A stretch of 64,000 bases of DNA from Octopus sinensis (lineage: Eukaryota), in the NCBI RefSeq assembly GCF_006345805.1, contig NC_042998.1, positions 34,534,001 through 34,598,000 of the forward strand, in the 5' to 3' direction. The translations under genes and the position numbers were made by a program. Position 1 is the first letter of the stretch. Each line of letters opens with the position of its first letter. Below are positions 54,255 to 64,000 of the stretch, piece by piece. The notes under the pieces are model-generated. The model worked only from the letters and a program-made list of their open reading frames with translations, made no database searches and was not told the origin of the DNA.

Positions 54255-54470
54255 TCTTATTTACATTTGACGGATATTTGTCCTCATCTTGTTTGTTGTT
54301 AACACAATGTTTCGGCTGATATACCCTCCAGCCTTCATCAGGTGTCATGCGGAAATTTCAAACCTGAGTTCTCGTTCCTAAAGTATTTTTCGACATTATT
54401 ATTATTATCATTATTATTACTACACCATATGCTCGTGGGCATAGTGGTTAAGAGCGTGGGCTACTAACCC
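54255..54470 (-). mobile_element. Penelope 3' module with hammerhead core one substitution from the family consensus (54301-54347)
   Basis: Minus strand reads gacac CTGATGA a ggctg gagggtatat cagcc GAAAC att gtgtt; the consensus has GAAAC gtt gtgtt. Confidence 0.7.
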
Positions 54471-55009
54471 TTTCCTAATGCAATACACCTTTTCTGCCCC
54501 TCAATACTACTCCCACCCCCACCCCAATGGTGGTGTCTTGTTCTGCAAACTTACTTGCAGAATCTTTAGAATGCCAGGCAAAATGCTTAGCAGCATTTTG
54601 TCCATCTTTACATTCTGAGTTCAATTTCAGTTGAGGTTGACTTTGCCTTTCATCCCTTTCAGGGTCAATAAAATAAGTAGCAGTTGGATACTGGGGTCAA
54701 TGTAATTGACTTACTCCACTCCCCCCACAAAAATTCATGCCTTGAGAGAAGACCTGTCAAGCTGACCAAAATCACCATTGTGGCAGGTACCAGTGTCACA
54801 CAAATGGCACCCATGCCAGTGGAATGTAGAAGCACTTGTTACACTCTCAGAGTGGTTGGCATTAGGAAGGGCATCCAGCTGTAGAAAACCATGCCAAATC
54901 AGACTGGTCTCTGGTGCAGCTTTCCAGCCCTAGTCAAACCGTCCGACCCCTGCCAGCATGGACAATGGACATTAAAGGATGATGATATACCTCTAAGTAT
55001 AAAAGTACT

Positions 55010-55410
55010 TAGAAACATTGAGCCGGTCCTTCGCTATGGATCAGAGACCTGGACCTTATTGGCTCCCTTAGAAAAACAAGATGGAACATATACCAACCTG
55101 CCCAGAAAGATACAGAACATCAGTTGGAGATCACGCTCAATACTTAGTAACAGCTACGGAAATCTAATACCAATATCCCTCAAGCTAAAGCGGAAACGGC
55201 TATAATTTGCTGGCCACTGTCATCAAGCAGAGAAAGAGGTTATCTCATCCCTGCTCCTTTGGCTTCCCTCTGGAAGTGTTTTCTCCAGGAAACTGACATT
55301 TCCAGATAGTATATCTCGGGACTCAGGGCTGGATATTAGAGATCTGAGCACAGCAATGCAGGACCTTGTAATGTGGAAAGGGATTGTCAATGGAGTTCTG
55401 ACCAACCATT
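55010..55410 (+). mobile_element. RTE-like LINE 3' fragment, degenerate
   Basis: EPVLRYGSETWTL...KRKRL*FAGHCHQAEKEVISSLLLW...SISRDSGL...AMQDLVMW; the YGSETW motif is typical of RTE. Confidence 0.7.
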
Positions 55411-57984
55411 GGGTGACGTACCTGTGAGTAGAAAGAGTTAATAGTATATGAGTAGTATTAAGGCAGCAAGCTGGCAGAAACATTAGCACGCTGGGCGAAA
55501 TGCATAGCCGTTACGTTCTGAGTTCAAATTCTGCCGAGGTCAACTTTGCCTTTCATCCTTTCGGGGTCGATTAAATAAGTACCAGTTACACACTGGGGTC
55601 GATGTAATCGACTTAATCCCTTTGTCTGTACTTGTTCCTCTCTGTGTTTAGCCCCTTGTGGGTAGTAAAGAAACATGTATATGAGTAGTAACATGGTTTA
55701 GGCTTTGTGCACAGCACTTCTGCAGTCGACATCTTTGATATTGTTCATCTTAAATTCGTAACGTAGCCATTGCAAGTGTGTGTGTGTGACTGCTTTACAT
55801 ATCTCTTGGAATAATGGTTATTGTTTGTTAGTATGATTTTAATTAAACTATATTGTGCACCCTGAATATTCCCTTTAACCTTTTAGAATTTAAACTGGTC
55901 AGATCCAGTTCAAATATTCTACCTGTTTTATGTTAAAACTGAACAGATCCAACCTCTGACACTAACTTGACAAGGTCGTTCTAAAGTTAGGCAATCACAC
56001 CATTGCATTCTCAAAGCTACAAGATAAAGCATTGATAATTGAAAACCAGTGTGAATAAATATGCATTACATTTGACAGAGCAATCGGAATGCTAAAGGAT
56101 TAAGTTATGAAAGCATGAAAAAGTAGACATTAAAACAACGATGATGGTGATGATGTATTTATATAAATACTCTCCAAGTGAATCCACACACCTGACAATC
56201 AAAGGGTCAACGGTTCAGCCTCGTTAGGTCTCATTCATCATTCGCGCTGGGCTTGTTGAATCTTCAGCCATTTTTGGATTTGTTTCGTCAAAAATCTAAA
56301 CTTTATTTATTGATGTCTTCTGCATTTTTTCTCATGATTCCTCTTTGCATTTCTTCGTGTTCTTCAGTTCATTGAACTTGTAATTTATTATATCAAAGCT
56401 GTCACTAATTACTTGTGTTTATGTTAATTACATTATTGTTGACATTGAATTTAATTTCTGGTGCAAATTAATTTGCCAGCAACACGCTTTTTCTTTTCCA
56501 TCTTCCTACATTTAAAAATTATTTTCTTCAATGCCTGACGGTATTTTTTTTTTAGTTTCCCATTAAAAAGCTTTATGTAATTATTGTTATAATTGTCATG
56601 GCGTTATTGTAATTATAGTTGTTTATTTATCACCAGTTGACACTGCTCTCTCGTTTTGCAGTCTTCATATTCTGGCCTGTTCTGTGAACCCTAAGAGCAA
56701 TTAAAAAATCTTCAATTAAACAAACAGTTTAATTGCTAGGGATGTGACATCATAAGTGAATCAAAAAGATTTAACGTGCAACTTTCACAGCATTCGTCAT
56801 CATCATTATCCTTATCATCATCATCATCATTTGATGTCCATTTTCCATGCTGGCAGGAGTTGGACAGTTCAACAGGAGCTGACAAGCCAAAGAGCTTTCT
56901 GCAACTGGATGCCCTTCCCAATGCCAACCACTTTGCAGAGTGTCCTGGGTGCTTTTTAATGTGGCACCAGCACAGTTGCTTTTGACGTGGCACCAACACC
57001 AGCACTTTATACATGATACCATCACAGGTGCTTTATACATGACACTGTCATGGGTGCTTTATATGTGGCACCAGCACCTGCAAGCTTGCAACACAAGGAC
57101 CTCTCAGCTGAGAGAAGGAGTTGAACCATGAGATTAGAGTAAGATAGAGAGACAGAGATAGCCCTCTTGCTGTTGAGGAGATATTTGCCTATCTCAGTTG
57201 GTCAAGGAAAGAGAGGAAGTCAGTTGAGTGTTAGAGAGAGAGAGAGAGACTGTCAGAGTGAGGGAGCCTGTAGTGTTAAAAATAATCTTTTTTACTCTAG
57301 GCACAAGGCCCAAAATTTTGGGGGAGGGGGCCAGTCAATTAGATTGATCCCAATATGCAACAGGTACTTAATTTATCGACCGCAAAAGAATAAAAGGCAA
57401 AGTCAACCTTGACAGAATTTGAACTCAGAACATAAAGACAGATGAAATACCATTAAGCATTTCAACCGGTGTGCTAACGTTTCTGCCAGCTTGCTGCCTT
57501 TTGAATTACATATTAATGAAGGCTAAGTAATAGAACCATATATATTTATTTCTTTATTGTCCACAGAGGGCTAAACATAGAGGGGACAAACAAAGGGATT
57601 AAGTCAATTACATTGACCCCAGTGCATAACTGGTACTTAATTTATCAATCCTGAAAGGATGAATGGCAAAGTCGACCTCGGCAGAACGTAAAGACAGACA
57701 AAATACCACTAAGCATTTTGCCCGGTGTGCTAACATTTCTGCCAGCTCGCCGCCTTGACACACAGAAATATCCTTTTCTATTCTAGGCACAAGGCCTGAA
57801 ATTTTTTGTGGGGGAAGGGGGCCAGTCAATTAGATTGACTCCACTTACTGGTTATCTACATCTCCCAATCTTTATATTTCTATTTTTCTTTTAGTGGTAT
57901 ATTTAGCACTGACATGTTGATTTGGAAGAAATGCACTATTATCTCAGAAATTGTATACCTTCTGAATCAAAGGGCATGTCCCAA

Positions 57985-58467
57985 CATCACCATCATTATT
58001 CCTTCAAAACACAGTGTAGGTAAAAATGCACCAGAGACTTCAGTCATCTGTCAAGTCACAACAAGGACCTCAGACAGATAATACTTTCCTTAAGATGTCC
58101 ACTGTGCCCAATAAGGCTACTTTTTGCAAAACATCAATCTTGCATGGGATTTCCAGTTGCCTTAAGAAGTCTTGAAGTTTCAATGGGATTCAGCCCAACG
58201 CTCCGATCGTCACTGGTATCACTGTTACATTACCCTCTTGCATTCCATACAGTCTTGCCATTTCTGCTTCCAATTCGGAGAACTTGGTGATTTTTTTCAA
58301 CCTTTCTTTACTTACAACATCCATGTCAGTTGGTATGGCTACATCAACGATCTGACAGTATTTGTTTCTCTTATTCAATATGACAATATCCGGCCAACGG
58401 TGTTCGATTACACGATCCGTCTGAAAATCATAGTCCCAGAGTATCGTTACTTTTCCATCTTCTTGCA
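57985..58467 (-). mobile_element. R4/Dong-like element 3' end, copy A
   Basis: GKVTILWDYDFQTDRVIEHRWPDIVILNK...IVDVAIPTD...VIPVTIGALG...IDVLQKVALLGTVDILRKVLSV*, a PD-(D/E)xK restriction-like endonuclease C-terminus. Confidence 0.75.
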
Positions 58468-58810
58468 TTATTATTATTATCATTATCATCATTATTTCTG
58501 TCATTGCACAGCTTCTAACGCTGGAGATGTACTACAGTGTCAGCTGTTCACTACCAGTGAGCTAAAGTAACACCTCTTATTTTTCGAGCACCTTTCAGAG
58601 TATTCAAGCGGTTCCAAGCAGTGCTGTTTTCTGCAAGTGCTCCACTCTTATTGCAGCCCCTATTTGTTCCATGTACTTCTCAAGATTTTTACTCACTGTT
58701 CCCAGGGCTCCAACAACTATTGGTACTACTTCCACCTTTACAACTGCTTAACCTCCCAAGCTAACCTGTCGTATCTATCAACTTTTCTGTCTTATTATTA
58801 TTATTATTAG
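58468..58810 (-). mobile_element. R4/Dong-like element 3' end, copy B, flanked by (TAA)n on both sides
   Basis: KVDRYDRLAWEVKQL*RWKVPIVVGALGTVSKNLEKYMEQIG...LQKTALLGTA*IL*KVLEK*. TAA arrays at about 58468-58497 and 58791-58809. Confidence 0.75.
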
Positions 58811-59994
58811 TTGACTCTCATACTGTGAAGACAATGTTTTTGCTTTTCCTGTCAAGAAATGTTTTACTCAATTATTACCAAAGAAAGTATTTTGTGGAGT
58901 ATTTTTGAAAAGAACTTTAATCCACTAAGGAAGATTTGCCCTCAATACCCCAGAGAAGGCAAACAAAAATGAAGACTTTTTTTTTTCTCAAACTTTTAAA
59001 ATTTTCTTCATGCACATTACATTTCCAGGTATATAATGTCTACCAAATATAATTATCTCACATTTCAAAGCTCTACAAAGGCTAAAAAATGCCCCACAAA
59101 ATTGAACACACGATTAAATGTACGAGAGAAAGACGAAAAAGAAATAGTGTTGTGAGCAATAAATGGAAGAAAATGTTCCAAAAAACTCAAACAAGTTGGA
59201 AGAGAGCAAGAGTAACAACAACAACAATCACTGTGTAAATATAAATCTTCTCTCAAAATGAATCGATAGAATATTTGGATCTATGACTGTTATAAGAAAA
59301 ACAAAAATGTGGGTTGGAACATTTTGTAAAAATCTAACAGCAGTTCTTTTGCTAGAGAAAAAAATCCAGAAGAAGACAAAGAAAAAAAATCTTGTACCTC
59401 TGCTTATGGAAAAAAGGAAGTTGATTAAATTTCTCCTCATATTAAGTAGTGCAAAAAGTTCTCCAAGACATATCAGGAAACGTTTCTCAATTGAAAAATA
59501 CAAAATCTACAACACTATTTGCTGTGCCTTTCAAACTGAAGATACAGCTAAAAGACAGGCAGAAATTTTCAGACATATCTCTGACAATGCATTGGCAGCT
59601 CATTGGAAATGGATCAAAGGAACACAACAACAATACACAAGAAGAGATGTTAGACACAGCATAAATTCAATGGAAACTGGCCAAAATAACATGTGATCAG
59701 GGGATGTCAAATTGAACTTGCTGGTCCTAGTGATCCCATAAAGGCAACAGGGCCATACTAGATCTGCACCCAGTGTAGAAAACTGATACAAAGAGTATAA
59801 GATTGATTATACACAGTTGAAAGTCTACTTGTTTATATTTGATAGAACTAAATACCTCAAAGAACTGGGAAATTTATGCAAAAACAGCAAAAATGAAAAT
59901 AGCAAAATCAACACCAATAACACAAAGAACAACCGCCCCAGGTTTTCAGGGTGCCACCTGCCAAAAGTCTGAAGACAGCAAAGATTATTTACAG

Positions 59995-61360
59995 AGGGGG
60001 AGCGCTAAGCAGTGATAAGTGAAATTGCAATGTTGTTACCTGTTTGAATATGCTTGATGCACGTTCGAACTGGGGAACAAGCTGCTCACAGCGTTTTGTT
60101 ACGGAGAATATATCTCAGTTGTTGACAAACAGTTTGTCCACACCTAGATCAGCTCACAGTCCCACCTACCTACACTGTGAGATGTTAACATTTCGGAGTA
60201 GTTATCTCCTCATTGGTAAAACATACTAAGCAAATGACACTATGAGCTGAATTAAGAGATTACCTCTCTTATCCGTTTCTAGTCACCACACGATGACTGG
60301 TAGTGCTATACAGCAGCTCACCATAAGTAAATTATGGAGGGGGAGTGCTAAGAGCAGTCATCATCGTCATCATCGTCCTTTAACGTCCGCTTTCCATGCT
60401 GGCATGGGTTGGACGGTTTGACTGAGGACTGGCAAGCCAGAAGGCTGCACCAGGCTCCAATCTGATCTAACAATGTTTTTACAGTTGGATGCCCTTCCTA
60501 ACGCCAACCACTTTGAGTGTGTAGTGGGTGCTTTTTATGTGCCACCTGCACGAGGGCCAGTGTCAGACAGTACTGGCATCAGCCACGCTTGAATGGTGCT
60601 TTTTACATGCCACCGGCACGGGAGCCAGTCAGGTGACACTGGCAATGACCACGCTCGAATGATGCTTTTTACATGCCACCGGCACGGGAGCCAATCAGGT
60701 GACATTGGCAATGACCACACTCGAATGGTGCTTTTTACATGCCACCGGCACGGGAGCCAGTCAGGTGACACTGGCAATGGCCACACTCGAATGGTGCTTT
60801 TTACATGCCACCGGCACGGGAGCCAGTCAGGTGACACTGGCAATGACCACACTCGAATGGTGCTTTTTACATGCCACCGGCACGGGAGCCAGTCAGGTGA
60901 CACTGGCAATGACGATGCTCGAATGGTGCTTTTTACATGCCACCAGCACGGAAGCCAGTCAGGTGACACTGGCAATGACCATGCTCGAATGGTGCTTTTT
61001 ACATGCCACCGGCACGGAAGCCAGTCAGGTGACACTGGCAATGACCACGCTCGAATGGTGCTTTTTACATGCCACTGGCACATAAAAAGCAGTGATAAAT
61101 AAAATTGCAATGCTATTAACAGTCCAAACATGTTTGATGCACATTTGAACTGGGGAATAAGCTATTCACAGGTTTTGTCACAGAGATTATATCCCGTTTG
61201 TTGACAAATGATGTGTATACACCTAGATCAGTTCACTGTGAGTCTAGGTAGATGGCACTGCAAACTGATATATTTGTCAACAAGTGAGATATATTTTCTG
61301 TGAGAAAGCACAGTGAATGGTTTGTTTCCCAGTTCAAACGTGTATTAAGCATAACAACAT
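59995..61360. repeat. Two related foldback-type repeats; the second is interrupted by an RTE 3'-UTR insertion
   Basis: 60012-60160 is similar to 61092-61240. 61125-61360 is self-complementary (tttgaactgggga/ttcccagttcaaa, ttgttgacaaat/atttgtcaacaa, acctaga/tctaggt). Confidence 0.55.
60593..61082. repeat. 66-bp minisatellite (7 full units plus a partial) inside a minus-oriented RTE 3'-UTR element (60359-61087)
   Basis: Unit starts at 60593, 60659, 60725, 60791, 60857, 60923, 60989 and 61055. Confidence 0.95.
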
Positions 61361-61564
61361 GGCAAAGATAATATCTTTAGGCCCAGTATCGCAAACAGAT
61401 ATGCAAATATTTCATCCCTTAAGAGTACTAATCTGTATTACTGTGCCTTCGTTATTGTGATGAGGAAGAAATGATTAATGGTGAAAATATGAAGGGGGGA
61501 AAAAGAGGAAAACCATTACAGGAAAAAACTGAATATAAAGCAATAACAGGTGAAAGACGAACAA

Positions 61565-61930
61565 AGTGGCTATGTGGTAAGTAGCTTGCTTACCAACCAC
61601 ATGGTTCTGGGTTCAGTCCCATTGCGGGGCAATCTTGGGCAAGTGTCTTCTACGATAGCCTCAGGGCGACCAAAGCCTTGTGAGTGGATTTGGTAGACAG
61701 AAACTGAAAGAAGCTCGTCGTATATGTTTGTGCGTCTGTGTTTGCCCAACCAACATCGCTTGACAACTGATGCTGGTGTGTTTACGTACCCGTAACTTAG
61801 CGGTTCGGCAAAAGAGACTGATAGAATAAGTACTAGGCTTACAAAGAATAAGTCCTGGGGGGGGCGATTTGCTCGACTAAAGGTAGTGCTCTAGCATGGC
61901 CGCACTCAACTGACTGAAACAAGTAAAAGA
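61565..61930 (+). mobile_element. SINE family 1 copy
   Basis: Matches the family consensus. Confidence 0.8.
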
Positions 61931-62709
61931 ATAATGAAATCCTTCTTCGGGAAAATAATGGAAAAAAAAAAATGCAGAGGATAATCAAACTGTACGTAGA
62001 CAAAATTACACAGCATTGGTGCCATGGAGTCTCAGAAGGATTTCTAATGGCACAAAAACTGTTACATGCAGAATGTAAACATTATGCTAAAGATAGATTT
62101 CTAGCAAATTAAAACATCACGAAAAAAGGGGAAAGAATACCCTGAAGATGTTGCCGATTTTAGCACCAAACTCTAAAAATGTTCAATAGTGCACAGGTCA
62201 CGAAGTACACAATAAGCTTTCGTCTATTATTTCTTGAAATTATATTTTTTGTTTTTATTCTTGCGTATCTTATTGTCCTTTTTTTTTTTTACTTATTTTT
62301 GTGTGTATGTATATGTGTGCATACATATGTGCGCATATGTGTACGGTACTCCCCCACATTTTGGAAGTGATGTGTTCCTGAAAATCTTGTAAAGAAAAAT
62401 GCATTCTGATGTTTTTGCTTTTTTTTATGTAACAAGAAAATACAAACAACACAACCATTTTCTATGCATGAAAATAACGATTCTAAATATAAACATAGAA
62501 TCATTTCACAAGAAATGCTTAAAGGAATAAATAAGTATCTAAATCAGAGGTCCTCAACTGAGGTCTGTATGTCCCTTGGAGGTCCTTAAACATGAAATGT
62601 TTATGAGGGTCAATCTGTATAGTATAGGTGAAACGGTAATCCTATGGCCACAAGTCCACTGCCCTAACCACTGGGCCATTGTGTCTCCACACACACATAA
62701 ATGTATACA

Positions 62710-63140
62710 TCGTCTGATCACAAAGTATCAGGACTGTTGCTATTGACATTCAACTCTGTCGTGCAGGCACTCTGAGTTATGTTGTTTGTAGAAGTGCTCA
62801 GAAGTGTGTTGAGTGTGGTTGTCTCAGAAAGGAGATCAGAGTTTGAGCTGCACAGGATCTCCTTGAATTGTGTCAAGGATAATGAAAACTTTTTGAAAAT
62901 GGTCATAACAACAACAGGTGATGAATTGTGGGTCTGTGGCAATAACCCTAAAACTAAGGCTTAGTCTTTGCAGTGATAGACTACCCCACCCTGCAACAAG
63001 ATTTCAAGACATTTAGGAAATCCAAGAGACTGGAATGGGGCAGCTGCATGCTGTCCCAAAAAGGAAGTTCCAAAAATGCTTCCATCAATAGAAATAATGC
63101 TGGATAAAATGTGTGGCTTCCAGAAAGAGATTACTTTGAT
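62710..63140 (+). mobile_element. Internally deleted mariner (DD34D-like) remnant
   Basis: NFLKMVITT-TGDELWVCGNNPKTKA*SLQ resembles ITGDETWVYGYDPETKAQS. The 3' part resembles FQKCF...WDKCVASQGDYF. Confidence 0.6.
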
Positions 63141-63454
63141 TAACTGTTAAACTGAATTATGTCGTAGTTATTTTATTAGGGTTATTTCTACAGAAATTAT
63201 AACCAGCAATGTTCTTTTGCTCCATATTGGGACATCAGATGTAAACCACACAATGAGATCAGAGTCAAAAATGGGTAATGAGTGTATGTGCCATATTTTG
63301 GGTGGTGGGGGACTTTGCTCTCATTCTTTGTTTGCATGCTGGCTATAATTTCTATGGAATATCTGTAGAAAGAACCTTAATAAAAAATGTAAAATCGCAC
63401 TGCTAACACAGTAGAACATGGTTTGACTTATAAAAGCATTTAATACTCTCTCTC

Positions 63455-63855
63455 ACTTTTACTTGTTTCAGTCCTTTGACTGTGGCCATGCTGGAGCACT
63501 ACCTTTAGTTGAGCAAATCGACCCCAGGACTTATTCTTTGTAAGCCCAGTACTTATTCTATCGATCTCTTTTGCCGAACCGCTAAGTTACAAGGATGTAA
63601 ACACACCAGCATCAGTTGTCAAGCGATGTTGGGGGGAAAAACACACACACACTAACATATATATACACACATATATATATATATATATACATATATGTGA
63701 CAGGCTTCTTTCAGTTTCCGTCTACCAAAGCCACACACAAGGCTTTGGTCGACCCGAGGCTATAGTAGAAGACACTTGCCCAAGGTGCCACGCAGTGGGA
63801 TTTGAACCTGGAACCATGTGGTTGGTAAGCAAGCTACTTACCACACAGCCACTCC
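63455..63855 (-). mobile_element. SINE family 1 copy, full length
   Basis: Reverse complement of the family consensus. Confidence 0.85.
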
Positions 63856-64000
63856 TATAATCTATATTTATAGCATAGTATGGTTGTATAACCAAATACC
63901 AAGTACCTACAAATCATTAATTTGTAAATTTCTCTACAGAACACCATTCCCAATACTTTTTGATCAGACTTCAGGTTTGTGTGTGTGTAATTGTGTAAAC

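Noticed and set aside
60535-61131. 22-aa repeat proteins (MVLFTCHRHGSQSGDTGNDHAR etc.) and CRISPR-like regularity
   Set aside because: Contiguous 66-bp minisatellite with no unique spacers and no cas genes; eukaryotic repeat context; frames are open on both strands by chance.

Overview
AT-rich, repeat-saturated animal genomic DNA, almost entirely intronic or intergenic. The repeat families (tRNA-derived SINEs with internal microsatellites, RTE 3' tails ending in (GAT)n, dense AT/GT/CAT microsatellites) look like an Octopus genome; this is recognition from memory, not a database result. Only one host coding exon is well supported: a 49-nt plus-strand exon at 31980-32028 encoding (W)YKGFMKDCPDGKLTLE, the first EF-hand region of a neuronal calcium sensor (NCS-1/neurocalcin/VILIP family). 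I could not confidently identify the other exons of that gene. A weaker series of minus-strand exon-like segments may be an antisense or interleaved gene. The rest is a transposon fossil record: Penelope-like (GIY-YIG), RTE, R4/Dong-like (RLE), three IS630-Tc1-mariner lineages, piggyBac-type MITEs, foldback elements and three SINE families. The most notable unannotated signal is a set of hammerhead ribozyme motifs. One is nearly intact (30377-30459), on the sense strand of the NCS intron about 1.5 kb upstream of the exon. Others belong to a Penelope 3' module that joins a tRNA-like Pol III promoter to a minimal hammerhead. Nearly all ORFs in the supplied track are microsatellite or repeat artefacts. 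Repeat boundaries are approximate, to within tens of bp.
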